A DNA stretch of 64,000 nucleotides from the NCBI GenBank assembly GCA_951406725.2, contig OX597814.1:95232001-95296000 (forward strand), written 5' to 3'. Both the position numbers and the translations under genes were made by a program. Below the pieces are notes generated by a model. That model saw only the letters and a list, made by a program, of their open reading frames with translations. It searched no databases and was not told where the DNA came from. This document shows, one piece after another, positions 27,613 through 42,787 of the stretch (position 1 is its first letter; the number at the start of each line of letters is the position of its first letter). Source of the DNA: Octopus vulgaris. Lineage: Eukaryota.

Positions 27613-27701
27613 ACTTCCGACACATGTTTCGAAGATATCACTGATATTATTCCAAAGGAATAAAATGGTGTAAAACAATGTAATCTTCTCTTCAGGGAAG
27701 T
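27613..27701 (-). ncRNA. Type I hammerhead ribozyme (Penelope-type) within an AT-rich Penelope-like repeat (~27410-28480)
   Basis: Minus strand: stem I acttcc, core CTGAAGA, stem II gaagat...atcttc, GAAA, short stem III catgtg, TC, stem I' ggaagt. All core nucleotides are present, with a GUC cleavage triplet. Confidence 0.8.
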
Positions 27702-27981
27702 GAAGAAATGAAACTCGTCAATAAGACATTTTAACAGAAAATGATGGATATGTATAGTGATTAACTGAACGCTATTAATATTGTTTAAAAAAACATTATA
27801 TGATATAACATCAGAGGTAGCCTATAGAAAGAAGAGGGATAGATTAAGGAAAAGTTAAATAAATGAGAAGTATATGACTATATGTATATTAAATAAAACC
27901 TTATAAACTAGGAAAATATATTTTTTAATGAATGTTAAATATAAAAAAAAAAATTAATGTTTAAATTACATATAACATATA

Positions 27982-28352
27982 GGCGCAGGAGTGGCTGTGT
28001 GGTAAGTAGCTTGCTAACCAACCACACGGTTGCGGGTTCAGTCCCACTGCGTGGCATCTTGGGCAAGTGTCTTCTGCTATAGCCCCGGGCCGACCAATGC
28101 CTTGTGAGTGGATTTGGTAGACGGAAACTGAAAGAAGCCTGTCGTATATATGTATATATATGTATGCGTGTGTTTGTGTGTCTGTGTTTGTCCCCCTAGC
28201 ATTGCTTGACAACCGATGCTGGTGTGTTTAGGTCCCCGTCACTTAGCGGTTCGGCAAAAAGAGACCGATAGAATAAGTACTAAAAGGTGGTGCTCCAGCA
28301 TGGCCGCAGTCAAATGACTGAAACAAGTAAAAGAGTAAAGAGTAAAAGAGTA
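27982..28352 (+). mobile_element. tRNA-headed SINE (family C), near full length
   Basis: Head GGCGCAGGAGTGGCTGTGTGGT...GGGTTCAGTCCC, then CTTGGGCAAGTGTC, an internal microsatellite and an (AAAGAGT)n tail. Related copies at ~27070, ~36830, ~38900, ~42570, ~46575 and ~49085. Confidence 0.85.
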
Positions 28353-28962
28353 TAACGAAAGAAATTACTTATATGAACTAAAGGTGTGTTTTTGCCTATG
28401 TTTACATCAGTATGCACACTCTATAACCGTGTTTACTAGGGGATTTTTAGAAAAAAATAATGAAAAATAGTTCAGAATTACAGAGAAGACAGAATTCCTT
28501 GCCTTTGTTATAAGGTATCGAGATTGAGAGAATCAACCATTCTAAATTAAACTGAGAATAAAAAGGGATACACTGGGCAAACTATGCCTGAAAAAAAAAG
28601 ATGGGAGAATCATAGCTGGAACACCTTTGATGAAAGGTCTTAATTAGGGCTCACCTGTCCCAGGCCCTTCAAACTGCAGAAATATCTGAAAATGAAGACC
28701 CCATCTCACCTTCATTTTAGTAACGAATAAATTTAATGAATTTATTATCAAATTGATTCCAAATTTTGACACAAGGCCAGCAATTTCAGGGAAGGTGTTA
28801 AGTCAATTACATCAACTCCAGAGCTTGACTGATACTTATTTTATTGACCCTGAAAATATGAAGGGCAAAGTCAACCTTGAGAGAATTTGAACTCAGAACA
28901 TAAAGCATACTAACGATTCTGCTAGCTCACCACCTGTGCAATAATTTTTTTTTTTTTTTTTT

Positions 28963-29385
28963 TTGGTTAGTAAGTGTTATTTCCTATTTACTTCTGTCTG
29001 TAAATCAAAAGAAATGACAACAATTCCCTTCAAACTTTGCTTTTGTCCCCTGGACATCAATGTTTTAAAACTGACCAATTTTCCATTACATTTCAGATTC
29101 AGTGCTGAGCTGCTGAAGCAGAAATATCATTATCTGCTCAATACCAGAGATTTGCTTGTCAGCTACTTCACCTTAACCACTTGAGCATGTCCCTTAGTGG
29201 CTGACAATATGTGCATTTTTGATCATGAGCAGGAGTAGTGGGGAATTCTTTGAGATTTGAGTGAATATAACAAAAGCAAAATTTGAAGGAAATATTAGCC
29301 ATTTTTCATACTTCTTAGGGGTAAGCAAATAAGAAAAAATAACTGCTACCCTAGGACAAAAGTCATGGTACACGGTGTTATCAAA
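28963..29385. mobile_element. MITE-like interspersed repeat; second copy at ~48585-49025
   Basis: Both copies share tttggttagtaagtgttatttcc... and internal inverted arms ttcaaa(c/t)tttgcttttgt / acaaaagcaaa(a/g)tttgaa around a SINE-derived core. Confidence 0.65.
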
Positions 29386-30173
29386 ACAACTAGAAACCAA
29401 TAAGTAAATCACAATTCTGAAAGTTTTATCTAATTATAAAATGCCAGAAATGATTTTCTTTTCTCAAAAACATTGACAAAAAGTTAATCCTAAACCCAAC
29501 ATTTTGCTTACTTCAACAAATATTCAATTTTCTGCTGCCTCTTTAACCATCTTTCACCTCCCCAATATCTATTTTGTCAGTTCCACTTTTCCTATCTCAC
29601 TGACTTTATCACAGTCTCATTTTCTTCTATCTAAAAACTCAATCTTCATCTTCTCCAGTGACCTTTTTTCCCCACTTTATCAGCAAATCAATCTATTTAG
29701 TTCCATTCACATTTTCTTTTTCTTATACAAAATTCACAAGTGGTTTTTACTTTTTTTATTATAATAAAAATTTTTTTTTCTTTATCAAGAAAAGATAAAA
29801 ACATAACTAACAGTAGTATCAGAATAAGAATCCAAGAATCAGATTATAAATAAATCATGCAGTGTATTGGTAAGAAATTCAAAACCACTATTATTCTTCC
29901 TAACTGGCTTACAAAAGTCTTATTGCTTTTCTAGTAAACTAGAAATCTTTCAGATAAAATATGCACACACACTAAGAAGCCCCAACTCTAGCACACACAC
30001 ACACACACTTCCCTACACACATACACACACAACTACACACACACACATCCCTACACACACTTCCACCAACACCATCACTTTCACTGAGAAATAAGAGAAG
30101 TGTGGGTGTAGAACTTCTTTATGGCAATCAAACACCAGCTGTTGGTGGGAAAAAAGATGAGCAAGAAAGAGAA

Positions 30174-30218
<45 letters not shown>

Positions 30219-33200
30219 AAGAGAGAGTGAGAGTAAACTATATGGTGTGAGATAAGGCTAACTATTGAAATGTTATCATAGATCCACCTGTTATCCTTGA
30301 GTACTTAAGAGATATACATATAATCAATGAGAGGAATGAAGACTTACAACCCATATGTCAGGCCCAAAGCTAATGAACAATGTTCACAAAGAAACTCCCT
30401 CTGTGAACATACAATGAGCAATTTGAGAAGGGCAACTATGTTGGCAGAAACATGGTTTGAAGTGCTGCACTGTTTATTTTCATTACAATTGTTCTAAGCA
30501 CAGATCCTGCCATGGATGTATTTGCTTTCCATCCCTTCAGTTGATAAAGCACTAGTAATGAGCTAATGAGCTACTTGGTTGCTTAATCTGTTAGAAGTTG
30601 CAGCCAAAGCTCCTTTAAATCATACTTGACTTTCTTAAAAAGAAAATAATACATTGGACAGAAAAAAGGCTTAGATATACAGAAATACAGAATGTCATAA
30701 GGCGGCGAGCTAGCAGAAACATTAGCATGCAAAGTGAAATGCATAGTGGTATTTCGTCTGCCATTACGTTCTGAGTTCAAATTCTGTTGAGGTGGACTTT
30801 GCCTTTCATCCTTTCGGGGTCGATAAATTAAGTAAAATTTCAGGCATTGTGGCTTTAGTAGAAAGGATTATTATTACTATTAGTAAGGTGGTGAGATGGC
30901 TAAATCATTAGCATGCCAGGCGAAATGCCACCAAGGTCAACTTTGCCTTTCAGGGTTGATAGAATAAGTACCAGTTGATTACTGAGGTCAATGTAATCAA
31001 CTAAGCCTCTCCCCCAAAACTTCTGGCCTTGTGCCAAAATTTGAAAACATTAGAATTGTTAGCACACTGGAATGAAAAAAAAATGCTTAGCCCATCATTA
31101 CATTCTGAGTTCAAATGCTACTAAGGTCAACTTTTCCTTTCATCTTTTGGGGTCGATAGATTAAGTACCAGTGAAACACTGGGGTCAATGTAATCGACTA
31201 GTCCCCTCCCCCAAATTTCAGGCCTTGTGCCTTTAGTAGAAAGACTTATTATTATTGTTGTTGTTGTTGTTATTATTATCATTATTATCATCATTATATT
31301 ATTATTATTTCACTCTCCTTAATTTCCATTTGAATTTATTTGACTGGAAGAAAATGATGAACTGATAAAATGTCAATTCTTATTAAAATTCCTCGTTATT
31401 TATTTCAGAATCAATAGTCTTAAAGCCAAAATTCTATCAATTATCTGCTATACATCTGGGACTATCACTTTGTAAAAATGAAGAGTAGTTTGATCAATAG
31501 CATACCAAATGAGAATGAGCTTGATTTAGCACTCTTTTATGCAAATACTTGACCCAAATGGAATTATTATTCTGAGTGTAAAATATTTCCAATTATATTT
31601 ACAGATTTCGTCCATCATGTTTCTTGTCCTCTTTGATGCAAAAAAAAAAAAAAATTTTTTTCTTTCTTGTTTTTGCTTGTTTTAATGTACTCAACACTGA
31701 AAGAGAGTTCATACATATTCAACATATTCTTCCACTTAAGCATAACAATAGCTTGAGGAAGACATTAAAGCCCAAGAGTAAAAAACACTGAGTTCTCTTT
31801 GGAGAGTCACAGATGGCCTTTTATTTATTCTAGACGAGAAACAATACGGAGGGTGATATGCACAGGATTTGTCATGGAAACTCCTCTGCTGAATTTCCTA
31901 ATTAGAAGTTACCATTATATATGACAGTCTGAATCAATAATGATCGTATTGGTTGTTTTATTGGAGGCTTCTCCCCTCCCCCACCTTGCTCTGTCTGCTG
32001 TCTTTTCTTACTATCCTTTGATAACATTAAGATGGCATAGCTGAGATGATAGATCAGTATACTTGGGACCTTTTTCCTTTTCCTTTTTCTTTTTTTTTGG
32101 GGGGGGGGGGTAGTCAGTGAAGAAGGGACAGTACACATAAAACTTTTATAATGCTTTTGTGACAGGCAAGAGGAAAGGAGAAAGTTATCTTCAAACTGGA
32201 AATCCAGCTGAAGGCCTTATAACAGATAGGCTCTGTTATAGGAATCTAAGGGCCAAGTGGTGGTGTTAAACAACAGGCAACAGATTTTGTATCCTGCATC
32301 CTCAGTTAAATCTCACCTTACTATCTCTCCCATCACAATAAAATAATAACTGGTGCCAACAGCAGCAATATAAAAGGATCAATTCAGTCAACAGTACTCC
32401 TCTTTTTAAAAATAAAAACAACCTTATTACTAGCAAAAAAAAAAAAAAAAGTATTGTTATAATGAGCAGGGTAAGATTCTGAGCATTCAAGACTGTGATT
32501 ATCACTGTTGTCACCACCACCATCATCATCAACATCCCCCTCATCTACTTATGATGTACATAAATTGATGATGATCTATGGTGAAAAAGAAATTTCACCA
32601 GCCAATTTCACATTCGTCAAGACAAGTTACATCCATTTACATATACACCACCACATCATTATCATTTCCACTGCACCCCAGCCCACCTGATGACATACTG
32701 AATAATTTTCTTCCAAATTTTTCTTCTTTTCAAATATCAAGAACCTCTTCTTCTATCCATATCCTTTTCTCATGCAAGACTCATATCTGATAGTTGTAAA
32801 TGAGAGTACCACCGTCATACATACAAGCAGTGTTATTCCTTTCCAATATTCTGTGTGAACCGTGTCTGGCCAAGAGGAAATATTACCTTGCTTGGAAACA
32901 GATGGTGGTTGACAACAGGAAAGGTATCTGCATGTAGAAAAGTTTGCCTCAATAAACTCCATCCGACCCATACAAGCATGGTTAAGGTTAAGAGCCCCTT
33001 TAGTCATGAATGACCATGGGATTGCACCTAGAAAGTTACCCTCTGAGGCACAAGTGCAGGCAAGGATGTTTATGGATGACCAGCAGTTGCCCATGCATAC
33101 CAGTCTCCCTTCTCCATGCCACTGATGCTATCCAAGGAAAAGGCAAAGACCAATATAGCTTGGCACCAGTGGTGTCACAACTCATTTCTACAACTGAATG

Positions 33201-35604
33201 AACCAGAGCAACGTGAAATAAAGTATCTTGCTCATGAACACAACACACAGCTCAGTCCAGGTATCAAACTCACTAGCTCATGATTATGAACCTGATGTTC
33301 TAACCACTGAGCCAGTACTATAATGTGGTCATCCATGACCAAAAAAGATCCTTACAAGCCTAGTCATGAGGACATTCTAACAACAATGATGATGATTTTT
33401 ATTGAAATAATATCCCTGTGTGTTTCAATTAATTTGGCAATCAATACTTTGGAAGATTTAGTAAAATGACTAATTTTGTCATTATAATGAGTGTTTTGTG
33501 ATTGGAACATAAAAGAATAAAATGTTCTTAAACATAAACGACTGGCACTCCGTCGATTACGACGAGTGTTCCAGTTGATCCGATCAACGGAACAGCCCGC
33601 TCGTGATATTAACGTGCAAGTGGTTGAGCACTCCACAGACACGTGTACCCTTAACGTAGTTCTCGAGGAGATTCAGCATGACACAGAGTGTGACAAGGCT
33701 GGCCCCTTTGACATGCAGGTACAACAGAAACAGGAAGAAAGAGTGAGAGAAAGAGTACAGCAGGGCTCACCACCACCTCCTGCCGGAGCCTCATAGAGCT
33801 TTAGGTGTTTTCACTCAATAAACACTCACAATGCCCAGTCTGGGAATCGAAACCACAATCCTAAGACCGCAAGTCTGCTGCCCTAACCACTGGGCCATTG
33901 CACCTCTTAAACATAAAATTATGACAAGAGGTTTTAAATTTGATTATGAAGACTTTAAATTAAGCATTAGGGCTAACCTTGTGTCGCAAAACCAGAGGTG
34001 GTCTCTGGTGTGTTGATATTAAAAGCATTAATGCTAGATATAACATATCAGACTATCTCATTCATCATGTTTAAAATACATGAAACAAGTCAGTTAAACA
34101 AAGCAGCAGGAGAGAAGACGTAGGTGATGGTGGTGATGGGGAGTTACTGTAAGGAAAATACACTTGAAACTGAAAAATTAGAGAATGCTTCTGAGATAAA
34201 AGTGACAGTTATTATTATTGTTGTTGTTGTTGTTATTATTGTTGTTGTTATTGCTGCTGTTGTTAAAGGTGGTGAGCTGGCAGAATTGTTAATGCACCAG
34301 GCAAAACGCTTAGTGGCATTTCATCTATCTTTACATTCTGAGTTCAAATTCTGCCAAGGTCAACTTTGCTTTCATCCTTTCAGGGTCAATAAATTAAGTA
34401 CCAGTTGAGTACTAGGGATCAGTGTAATCAACTATCCCACTCCCCCAAATTTCACGCCTTGTGCCTTTAACAGAAAGGATTATTATTGTTGTTGTAGTTG
34501 TTGTTGTTAAGGCAGCTAGCTGAATCGTTAGCACACCAGACAAAATGTTTAGCAGCATTTTGTTCAATTTTACATTCTGAGTTCAAATTCTGTTTGAGAT
34601 TGACTTTGCCTTTCATCCTAGTCCACCCCACCCCGAAATATGTCTGGTTTGTCTTATATGCAGAATAATCCATTGGCAGTTTTTATTTATTTGAAAAATA
34701 CCTATTGTTGTTTATAAGAGTCTGAATTCTGGCAAGATGATTAAAGATGTTTACCTTTACCTGCTAAAAAATGTCAAAGGTTTTCACTTTGCCAATAACA
34801 CATTAGGTTGGAGCCTTAGGTACGTATCAGCAAAGTTTCTTCCTTGTTGCTCTGTTTACTTTAGATGAAACTTGTTGAAAAGAGATGCCACTTTCACCAG
34901 TTAAGCACAGTTGCACACGATCATTCGTGTGAACAAGCAAATGTAAAATTATCTTCCTTCCTTAATTCATGGAAATGTAAGATTTTTCACGACTATCTAT
35001 TAATGCAAATATCTTTTATCTGTTATTTGTTTTCATTATTTCACTGCGACCATGCCAGGGCACTGCTTTGAAAGGTTTAATCAAACAAATCAACTCCAGT
35101 ACTGCTAGTTTTTTTTTTTTTCTCTTAAGTCTGGTACTTATTCAATCTCTTTTGGTGAACTGCTTAGTTACAGGAATGTAAACAAACCAATACCAGTTTT
35201 CAAGCTGCAAGGGGAACAAGCATAATACACACATACACGCTCTGTCTCTCTCTCTCTCTCTCTCTCTCGGTTTACACATTCGGTCTTGTGCCAAAAGTTG
35301 AAACCATTATTGTTGTTGCTATTGTTATTGCCGTTTTTATTGAGAAGGCTGCAAGCTGACAGAATTGCTTACATGCCAGACAAAATGCTTAGTAGCATTT
35401 TCTCCATCTTTATGTTCTGAGTTGAAATTCCAATGCGGTCAACTTGTCTTTCATCCGTCTGGAGTTAATAAAATAAGTACCTGTTGAGCACTGGGGTCAA
35501 TGTAATCAACTAGCCCCCTCTCCACAAATTTCAGGCCTCCCACAAATTTCAAGAATTATTATCATTATTATTGTCGACGTCGGCGGCGGTGTCATCATCA
35601 TTAA

Positions 35605-35635
<31 letters not shown>

Positions 35636-36176
35636 GAGTGAGAGAGCAGTGCATGCCATCAAAGTGACACTGGGGTAAAATATACCAAGCCCAGTATACC
35701 CATCATGACTACTCGTCTAATAAAGGTACACTAGGCACATACATCACAACCATATGTGCGCGACATGGTGATCTCATATCAAGATTAACAGAACATGACC
35801 TTGCAGGTGGAGGCCCAGTTTGAATTTTCTTCTGGTCGAGTAACCCATACTGCTCAAAAGGTCCCTGAATAAGGCTTTTTTAAGGATGTTGAATGAAACA
35901 CACATGCTTCCAGAGGTGAATTATTCAAACCCCAAAGAATCCCTCTCAACACATGGCTATGATGCTCCCCCACTACTTCATGATCAGAGATGCACATATC
36001 GTCAGCCACTAAGGGACATGCTCAACTGGTTAAGGTCAAACAACTGACAAGCAAATCTGTGGTATTGAGCAGAATATTTGCTGCAGCCCATCTTTTATAC
36101 CAAGACAAAACAATGTACATGATAACACTTCCAATCAGTTAAGATCAGAAGCCATTAGAACCACTGCCTGGTACTG

Positions 36177-36180
<4 letters not shown>
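35636..36180 (+). mobile_element. Interspersed repeat/SINE-like element (family D) with an (ATT)n tail
   Basis: The 3' part is the reverse complement of 580-775. It is bounded by (ATT)n tracts. Confidence 0.7.
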
Positions 36181-36220
<40 letters not shown>

Positions 36221-36373
36221 TGCCAAGCTGGCAGAATCATTAGCATACCAGGCAAAATGCTTAGCAGCATATTGTCCTTTCAGGGTCGATAAGTACCAGT
36301 GAAACACTGGGGTCAATGTAATTGATCAGTCCCCTCTCCCCAAATCTCAGGCCTTGTGCCTTTAGTAGAAAAG

Positions 36374-36555
<182 letters not shown>

Positions 36556-39053
36556 TACAGAAGATGAAGAAATATGAAATACATAACTCACTCAGTTATT
36601 CCTTATTATTATGATATTTATCTGGAAAATATTAACAGACATCCAATGTTAAAAGTATATTTTCCTTTGAAGATGAATGTCTCATTAATTTGCTAAACGT
36701 TTATCCCCCATCTGCTCAACATAACTTCACTGACTTTATTTTAGACATTTAACAACAGTCGCCATGCTCATTGCCAATGGCGTCTCACCCATAATTACAA
36801 GCATACACCTATCATTATATTTTTTTAATGGCTGTGTGGTTAAGAAGCTAACTTTGCAACTAAGTAGTTTGAAGGTTCAGTCCCATCGCACAGCACCTTG
36901 GGCAAGTGTATTCTGCTATAGCTGTGGGTCAACCAATGCCTTGTGAGAGAACTTGGTAGACAGAAACTACGTGTAAACGGAGAGAGAGAGAGAGAGAGCG
37001 TGTATGTGTGTGCATGTGTGCATTATGCTTATTCCCCTTGCAGCCTGAAAACCGGTATTGGTTTGTTTACATTCTTGTAACTAAGCAGCTCAGCAAAAAA
37101 AAACAAAAAAACAGATAGAATAAGTACCAGACTTAAGAAGAAAAAAACACAAACAAGAAGTACTGGAGTTGATTTGTTTGGTTAAACCTTTTGAAGCAGT
37201 GCCCCAGCATGGTCGCAGTGAAATAATGAAAACAAATAACAGATAAAAGATATGTGCATTAATAGACCATTGTGAAAAATCTTACATTTCCATGAATTAA
37301 GGAAGGAAGATAATTTTACATTTGCTTGTTCACACGAATGATCATGTGCAACTGTGCTTAACTGGTGAAAGTAGCATCTCTTTTCAACAAGTTTCATCTA
37401 AAGTAAACAGAGCAACAAGGAATAAACTTGGCTGATACGTACCTAAGGCTCCAATCTAATGTGTTATTGGCAAAGTGAAAACCTTTGACATTTTTGGCAG
37501 GTAAAGGTAACCATCTTTAATCATTTTGCCAGAATTCAGACTCTTATAAACAACAATAGGTATTTTTCAAATAAATAAAAACTGCCAATGGATTATTCTG
37601 CATTTAAGACAAACCAGGCATGTTTCCAATGCAACAAATGAGAAAATTCTACAGTACAAGTGCCAGACAGCTTCCTGCTGAAAGCTGAGTGCCAAATTCT
37701 GTTAAAGGATATAAAGCTGATTTAATAACATAATTTTATCACTGCAACTTCCTAATATCAGGAAGAAAACTATGCCAAATTAAAAATAAATAGCAGTCAG
37801 CACCTCGCCAGTTTGATGAAGAATCTTCAGAAACAACCAAGAAAACTAATGAAACCCCTCTACAATCTCTAAAACATGTATTTTTTATTTGCCTGTGAGA
37901 AAGTGCCAAAGATCAGGCTTGCTATTCTGCATTCTAGCTTTAATTCATTTTAATTTATTTATATTCTAGAAATTTCTCTCCTGCCTTCCTTGACTAGAGT
38001 TAGTCATTAAGATAATGACAGGGTTTTCTTACAATGGATGCAAGTTTAATCAATTACGATTGTTTGGTTCAGTATATTAGATGTGTAAGCGCCCCATATT
38101 ATCAATCAGAAGAGACAGGGAGAGAGAGTATATGTGCTCATGCCTGTGTGTGTGTGTGTGTGTGTGCACATGCACCAGTAATCACCTCTTCTTTAGCATT
38201 TCTTGTGATGTTAGTAATGTCAAACACAGAGACACGCAACTGTCAATTTTATGAGCCAATGTGATCACTCAAGAGGCTAGAAAAATCAAAAAAATTTCCT
38301 TGAATCACTCTTAACTATCTACAAAACAAAAAAAATGGAAGAATATGTGGGAAGAGCAGAAAGGAAATTAGGAGACATTAATGCCACATACTTGGCATAA
38401 GCAAAAACCAAAGCCTAGTCTTCAATAATTCAAAACTGTAAAAAATAATACTACAATACTAGAGCTGTTACCTAAATTCTAGAATTCTGGAATCTCCAGA
38501 AATCCAGGAATATTGTGGAATGCATTGCAATACATAATATTGATTAAACAAACCCAGTTTTTGATGTTGGGTTCTTTGCATACAGTATACTAAATAAAAA
38601 TGGTTTTGTTCTTTGCTTCTTTATGTGAATTGATAGAGCTTTAAACATACACTGCTTTTGAAACGTATTAATTTGTACCCGTATATGCTCAATAAAACCA
38701 TGTTCTTTACTTTTCTTCATTTTATTTTCATCTTATAATCATTTTACTGTATATATGGTAAAGTATCATATGTTTTATGAATTTTAAGTGGATTAATAAA
38801 TTTGAAACAGAGCCTATTTTAGAAATGTATTAATTTCAACTTGTTAATTGTAATTTGATTCTTTACTTTTCATAGTTATTTTATATTTTACGTATATAGA
38901 CACAAGTGTGGCTATGTGGTAAGAAGCTTGCTTCCCAACCACATGGTTCTAAGTTCAGCTCCACTGTGGCACCTTGAGCAAGTGTCTTCTATAGCCTCAG
39001 ATCAACCAAACAAAGCTTTGTGAGTGGTTTTGGTGGGCAGAAACTAGAAGCCC

Positions 39054-39116
<63 letters not shown>

Positions 39117-40307
39117 ATGCACGTGTGTGTGTGTGTGTGCTTGTCCCTCATACTACTTGACAACCAGTGTTGGTATGCCCCTGTAACTTAGTAGTTCAGC
39201 AAAAGAGACTGATTGAATAAGTTCCAGGCTTTAAAAAAATAAACTGAAAAAAGTAAACTGAAAATTCTTCTTACTGAAACAAGTAAAAAATGAAAGAAGA
39301 TATATTTAGGCTGCTTCTAGAAAACCAGAAAATCTAGAAATTCAGTGTATTTCCAGCGTACTTAATTTTTGAGAGCAGTCAGGTTCATTTTTAGTATTCT
39401 CGTTTATGAGAACAGTTGAGTTTATTTCAGATATTCTCATTTAAAAAATCATCTCTGGCTAATTATTGAGAGAACGTTGGTGTTGCCTTGGCGGAGGCTT
39501 GTGCTCTCTGAGTGCTCTTGTTTATCTTTCACTTTCAATCATTGGACTGCAGCCATACTGGGGCACTACTGTGTAGGACTTAGTTGAAGAAATTGACCAG
39601 TATTAATTTTTTTAAAGTCTAGTACTTATTCTGTCAGTATCTTTTTGCTGAACTGCTAAGCTATGGGGGACATAAACAAACCAATACCAATGTCAAGTAG
39701 TACTGGGGGCACGAACATAGGCACACACATGCACACACACACATTTATGATGAGTTTCTTTCAGTTTCCATGTACCCAATCCACTCACAAGACTTTAGTT
39801 GGTCTTGAGCTGTGGTAAAAGGCACTTGTTCAAAGTACCAAGCAGTGGAACTGAACCTAGAACCATGTGGTTGGAAAGCTTTCTTCTTAACGCATAACCA
39901 CATCTGCACCTATAGCTGGGTATTTACTCTTTTACTTGTTTCAGTCATTTTGACTACGGCCATGCTGGAGCACCGCCTTTAGTTGAGGAAATCAACCCCA
40001 GGACTTATTCTTTGTAAGCCTAGTACTTATTTTATCAGTCTCTTTTGCTGAACCGCTAAGTTACGGGGACGTAAACACACCAGCATTGGTTATCAAGCAA
40101 TGTTGAGGGAGGGGGACATACACACAAACATATACACACACATGCATATATACATATATATACATCATCATCATCGTTTAACGTCCGTTCTCCATGCTAG
40201 CATGGGTTGGACGGTTCGACCGGGGATCTGGGAAGCCAGAAGGCTGCACCAGGCTCCGGTCTTATCTGGCAATGTTTCTACAGCTGGATGCCCTTCCTAA
40301 CGCCAAC

Positions 40308-40341
<34 letters not shown>

Positions 40342-42099
40342 GACGGGCTTCTTTCAGTTTCTGTCTACCAAATCCACTCACAAAGTTTTGGTCAGCCCGA
40401 GGCTATAGTAGGAGACACTTGCCCAAGGTGCCATGCAGTGGGACTGAAATTTATTGATGAAATTTCTTCCTCATGTTACTAGACTTTGCAAAACATTCAT
40501 TAAGAACAGTTTCCCCAACTTTCCTGCTATTTATTGATGGACAAAAATTCTCTAAAAATTCTCTGAAAAGTACATACAGCCGGCTCCCTATTTTGAGATC
40601 TCTTTTTATTTCAGTGAGACTCCACTGCAAAAATAGGGATAATATAAACAACATTGTAACACCCATAACAATTTTGGTGAAACTTGATATCTTTGATAGC
40701 TTTCATACCCTGACTTTTTACCAGGAGTCTCTCTACAAAGTATATTTAATATGAATACGAGTTTCTCATTTAAAGTATTGGATGTCAGCCAAGTGTAAAG
40801 AACCACAGTACTTATTGACTGTCTCTTGGAGAAATTCTGCCTTAATGCAATGTACTACTGTGGCTAATGAAATAGGGTGCTGAACATTATACTAATGTAA
40901 ACCTTTACCCCATCACTTCATGAATAAGTATAAAAGGTTTCATAACAGAATACAGCATGAATGCATACAGTGTGTGAAATATAGTATAGATAGAAATAGG
41001 TGTAGAAAGGCATTAGTAGGTCATTGTTGAATGTACACCCATGCCAAGGAAGGAGCCTCTACATTTTCCTTTGATCTGCTAGAAATAGCAGCCAAATCTC
41101 TCTCAGATCACACCACTATCATCTTGGAAAAATATAGGACACATTAGATAATGCATCCGAAAAGAAAAGCTATGATGGCCATGGTTAGAATACTTTTGAT
41201 CATAGATCTACTTGCTCAGAGTTGACCTGGAATTAAACAACAGCAACAATACCGTTGTTGAAATTTAATTTACTCTCATGGCTCACCTAGCTTCAGTAAA
41301 TATGTCTCTGTGTGAAAGATTGTAAGGTGTGAAGCTGGCAAATTGCTTACATTAGATTTCCAATCCATAGGTCACAAGTTTAAATCTAGAATATCTCTAG
41401 ATAGGAAAGTGTAAGGCTAGAATATCTCTAGATAGGAAAGTGTAACCCTCTTGGGACACCCAGGCCAATTGATCAGCCCAAGCAATACAAACTGAAAGGT
41501 CTTTGAGGTGGATCCAACAGCTCGATGGAACAAATGTTGTCAATGGTTGGTTTTGAAGAGTAATAACTAATCAGAGATTGTCTTTCAGTAGACATAATTC
41601 AATAGAAAAAAAATCTTGACATTTTTGGTTACACATACCAAAACAGTGTGTGTCTTAAAAAGGTTAATTATAAATTCTTCATTTCACCCAAGTTGCTAGC
41701 ATACCTAACTAACATACAGCCAGGGAGTCAGGAGTTCACATTCTACCCTTAGCATTACACATTATGTACTACCCCTATAGCAGTTTCCAAAGAATCTCCT
41801 TGCACACAAATATAACAAGAAAAGAATGTAGATATTCCATCAATTAGAGCTATCTTTTATCTTTTACTTGTTACTTTCATCGGACTGTAGCCATGGTAGT
41901 GCATTGCCTTGAAATAATCAACCCTAGTACTTATTTTTAAGTCTGGTACTTATTCTGTTGGTCTCTTTTGCTGAACCACTAAGTTACAGGGACATAAACA
42001 AACTTTGTCTGTCCCTGTAGCTTAGTGGTTACACTGGTAATCAAGCAGGGTGTCAAAGAACAAACACAAGCACACACACATACATCTTCTGAGGTAATC

Positions 42100-42320
42100 A
42101 TCATCATCATCATCGTTTAATGTCCGTTTTCCATGCTAGCATGGGTTGGACGGTTCGACCGGGGACTGGGAAGCCAGGAGGCTGCACCAGGCTCCAGTCT
42201 GATCTGGCAGTGTTTCTACAGCTGGATGCCCTTCCTAATGCCAACCACTCCGTGAGTGTAGTGGGTGCTTTTTACATGCCACCTGCATAGGTGCCAGAGG
42301 AGGCTGGCAGCGGCCATGAT
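42100..42320 (-). mobile_element. SINE-like repeat with an RTE-type 3' end and (GAT)n tail (family E)
   Basis: catcgtttaa(c/t)gtccgttttccatgctagcatgggttggacgg...ggatgcccttcctaa. Copies at ~3130-3350, ~22340-22530, ~40165-40310, ~45380-45555 and ~63450-63600. Confidence 0.8.
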
Positions 42321-42730
42321 TGGGTGCAATGTCTTTGCAATTGTATCCTTGAGATGTGACTGAACGCATCATTTGGACTGAGGTGTACACTCTGTTACTC
42401 CCTCCTATTGTTGCTTAATCCCCCACTGCTTTTTATCTTTCTCCCTTGTTGGAGTAATTCTAAGGATCTTTTCTCTATAATTTATTCTTTTATCCTTTTA
42501 ACTTATTTTCTTTCTTTACTTGTAACATTATGTTGCTAAATAAAAATTTCATTAAAAAAAATAATAACAGGTGCAGCCATGACTGTGTGGTAAGAAGCTT
42601 GCTTCCCAACCACATGGTTCTGGGTTCAGTCCACTGCTTGGCACCTTGTGTAAGTGTCTTCTACTACAGCCTCAGGCCAACCAAAGCCTTGTGAGTGGAT
42701 TTGGTAGATGGCAACTGAAAGAAGCCTATC

Positions 42731-42787
<57 letters not shown>

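Noticed and set aside
41386-41445. 31-bp-period tandem duplication
   Set aside because: Ordinary slippage duplication with no further structure.
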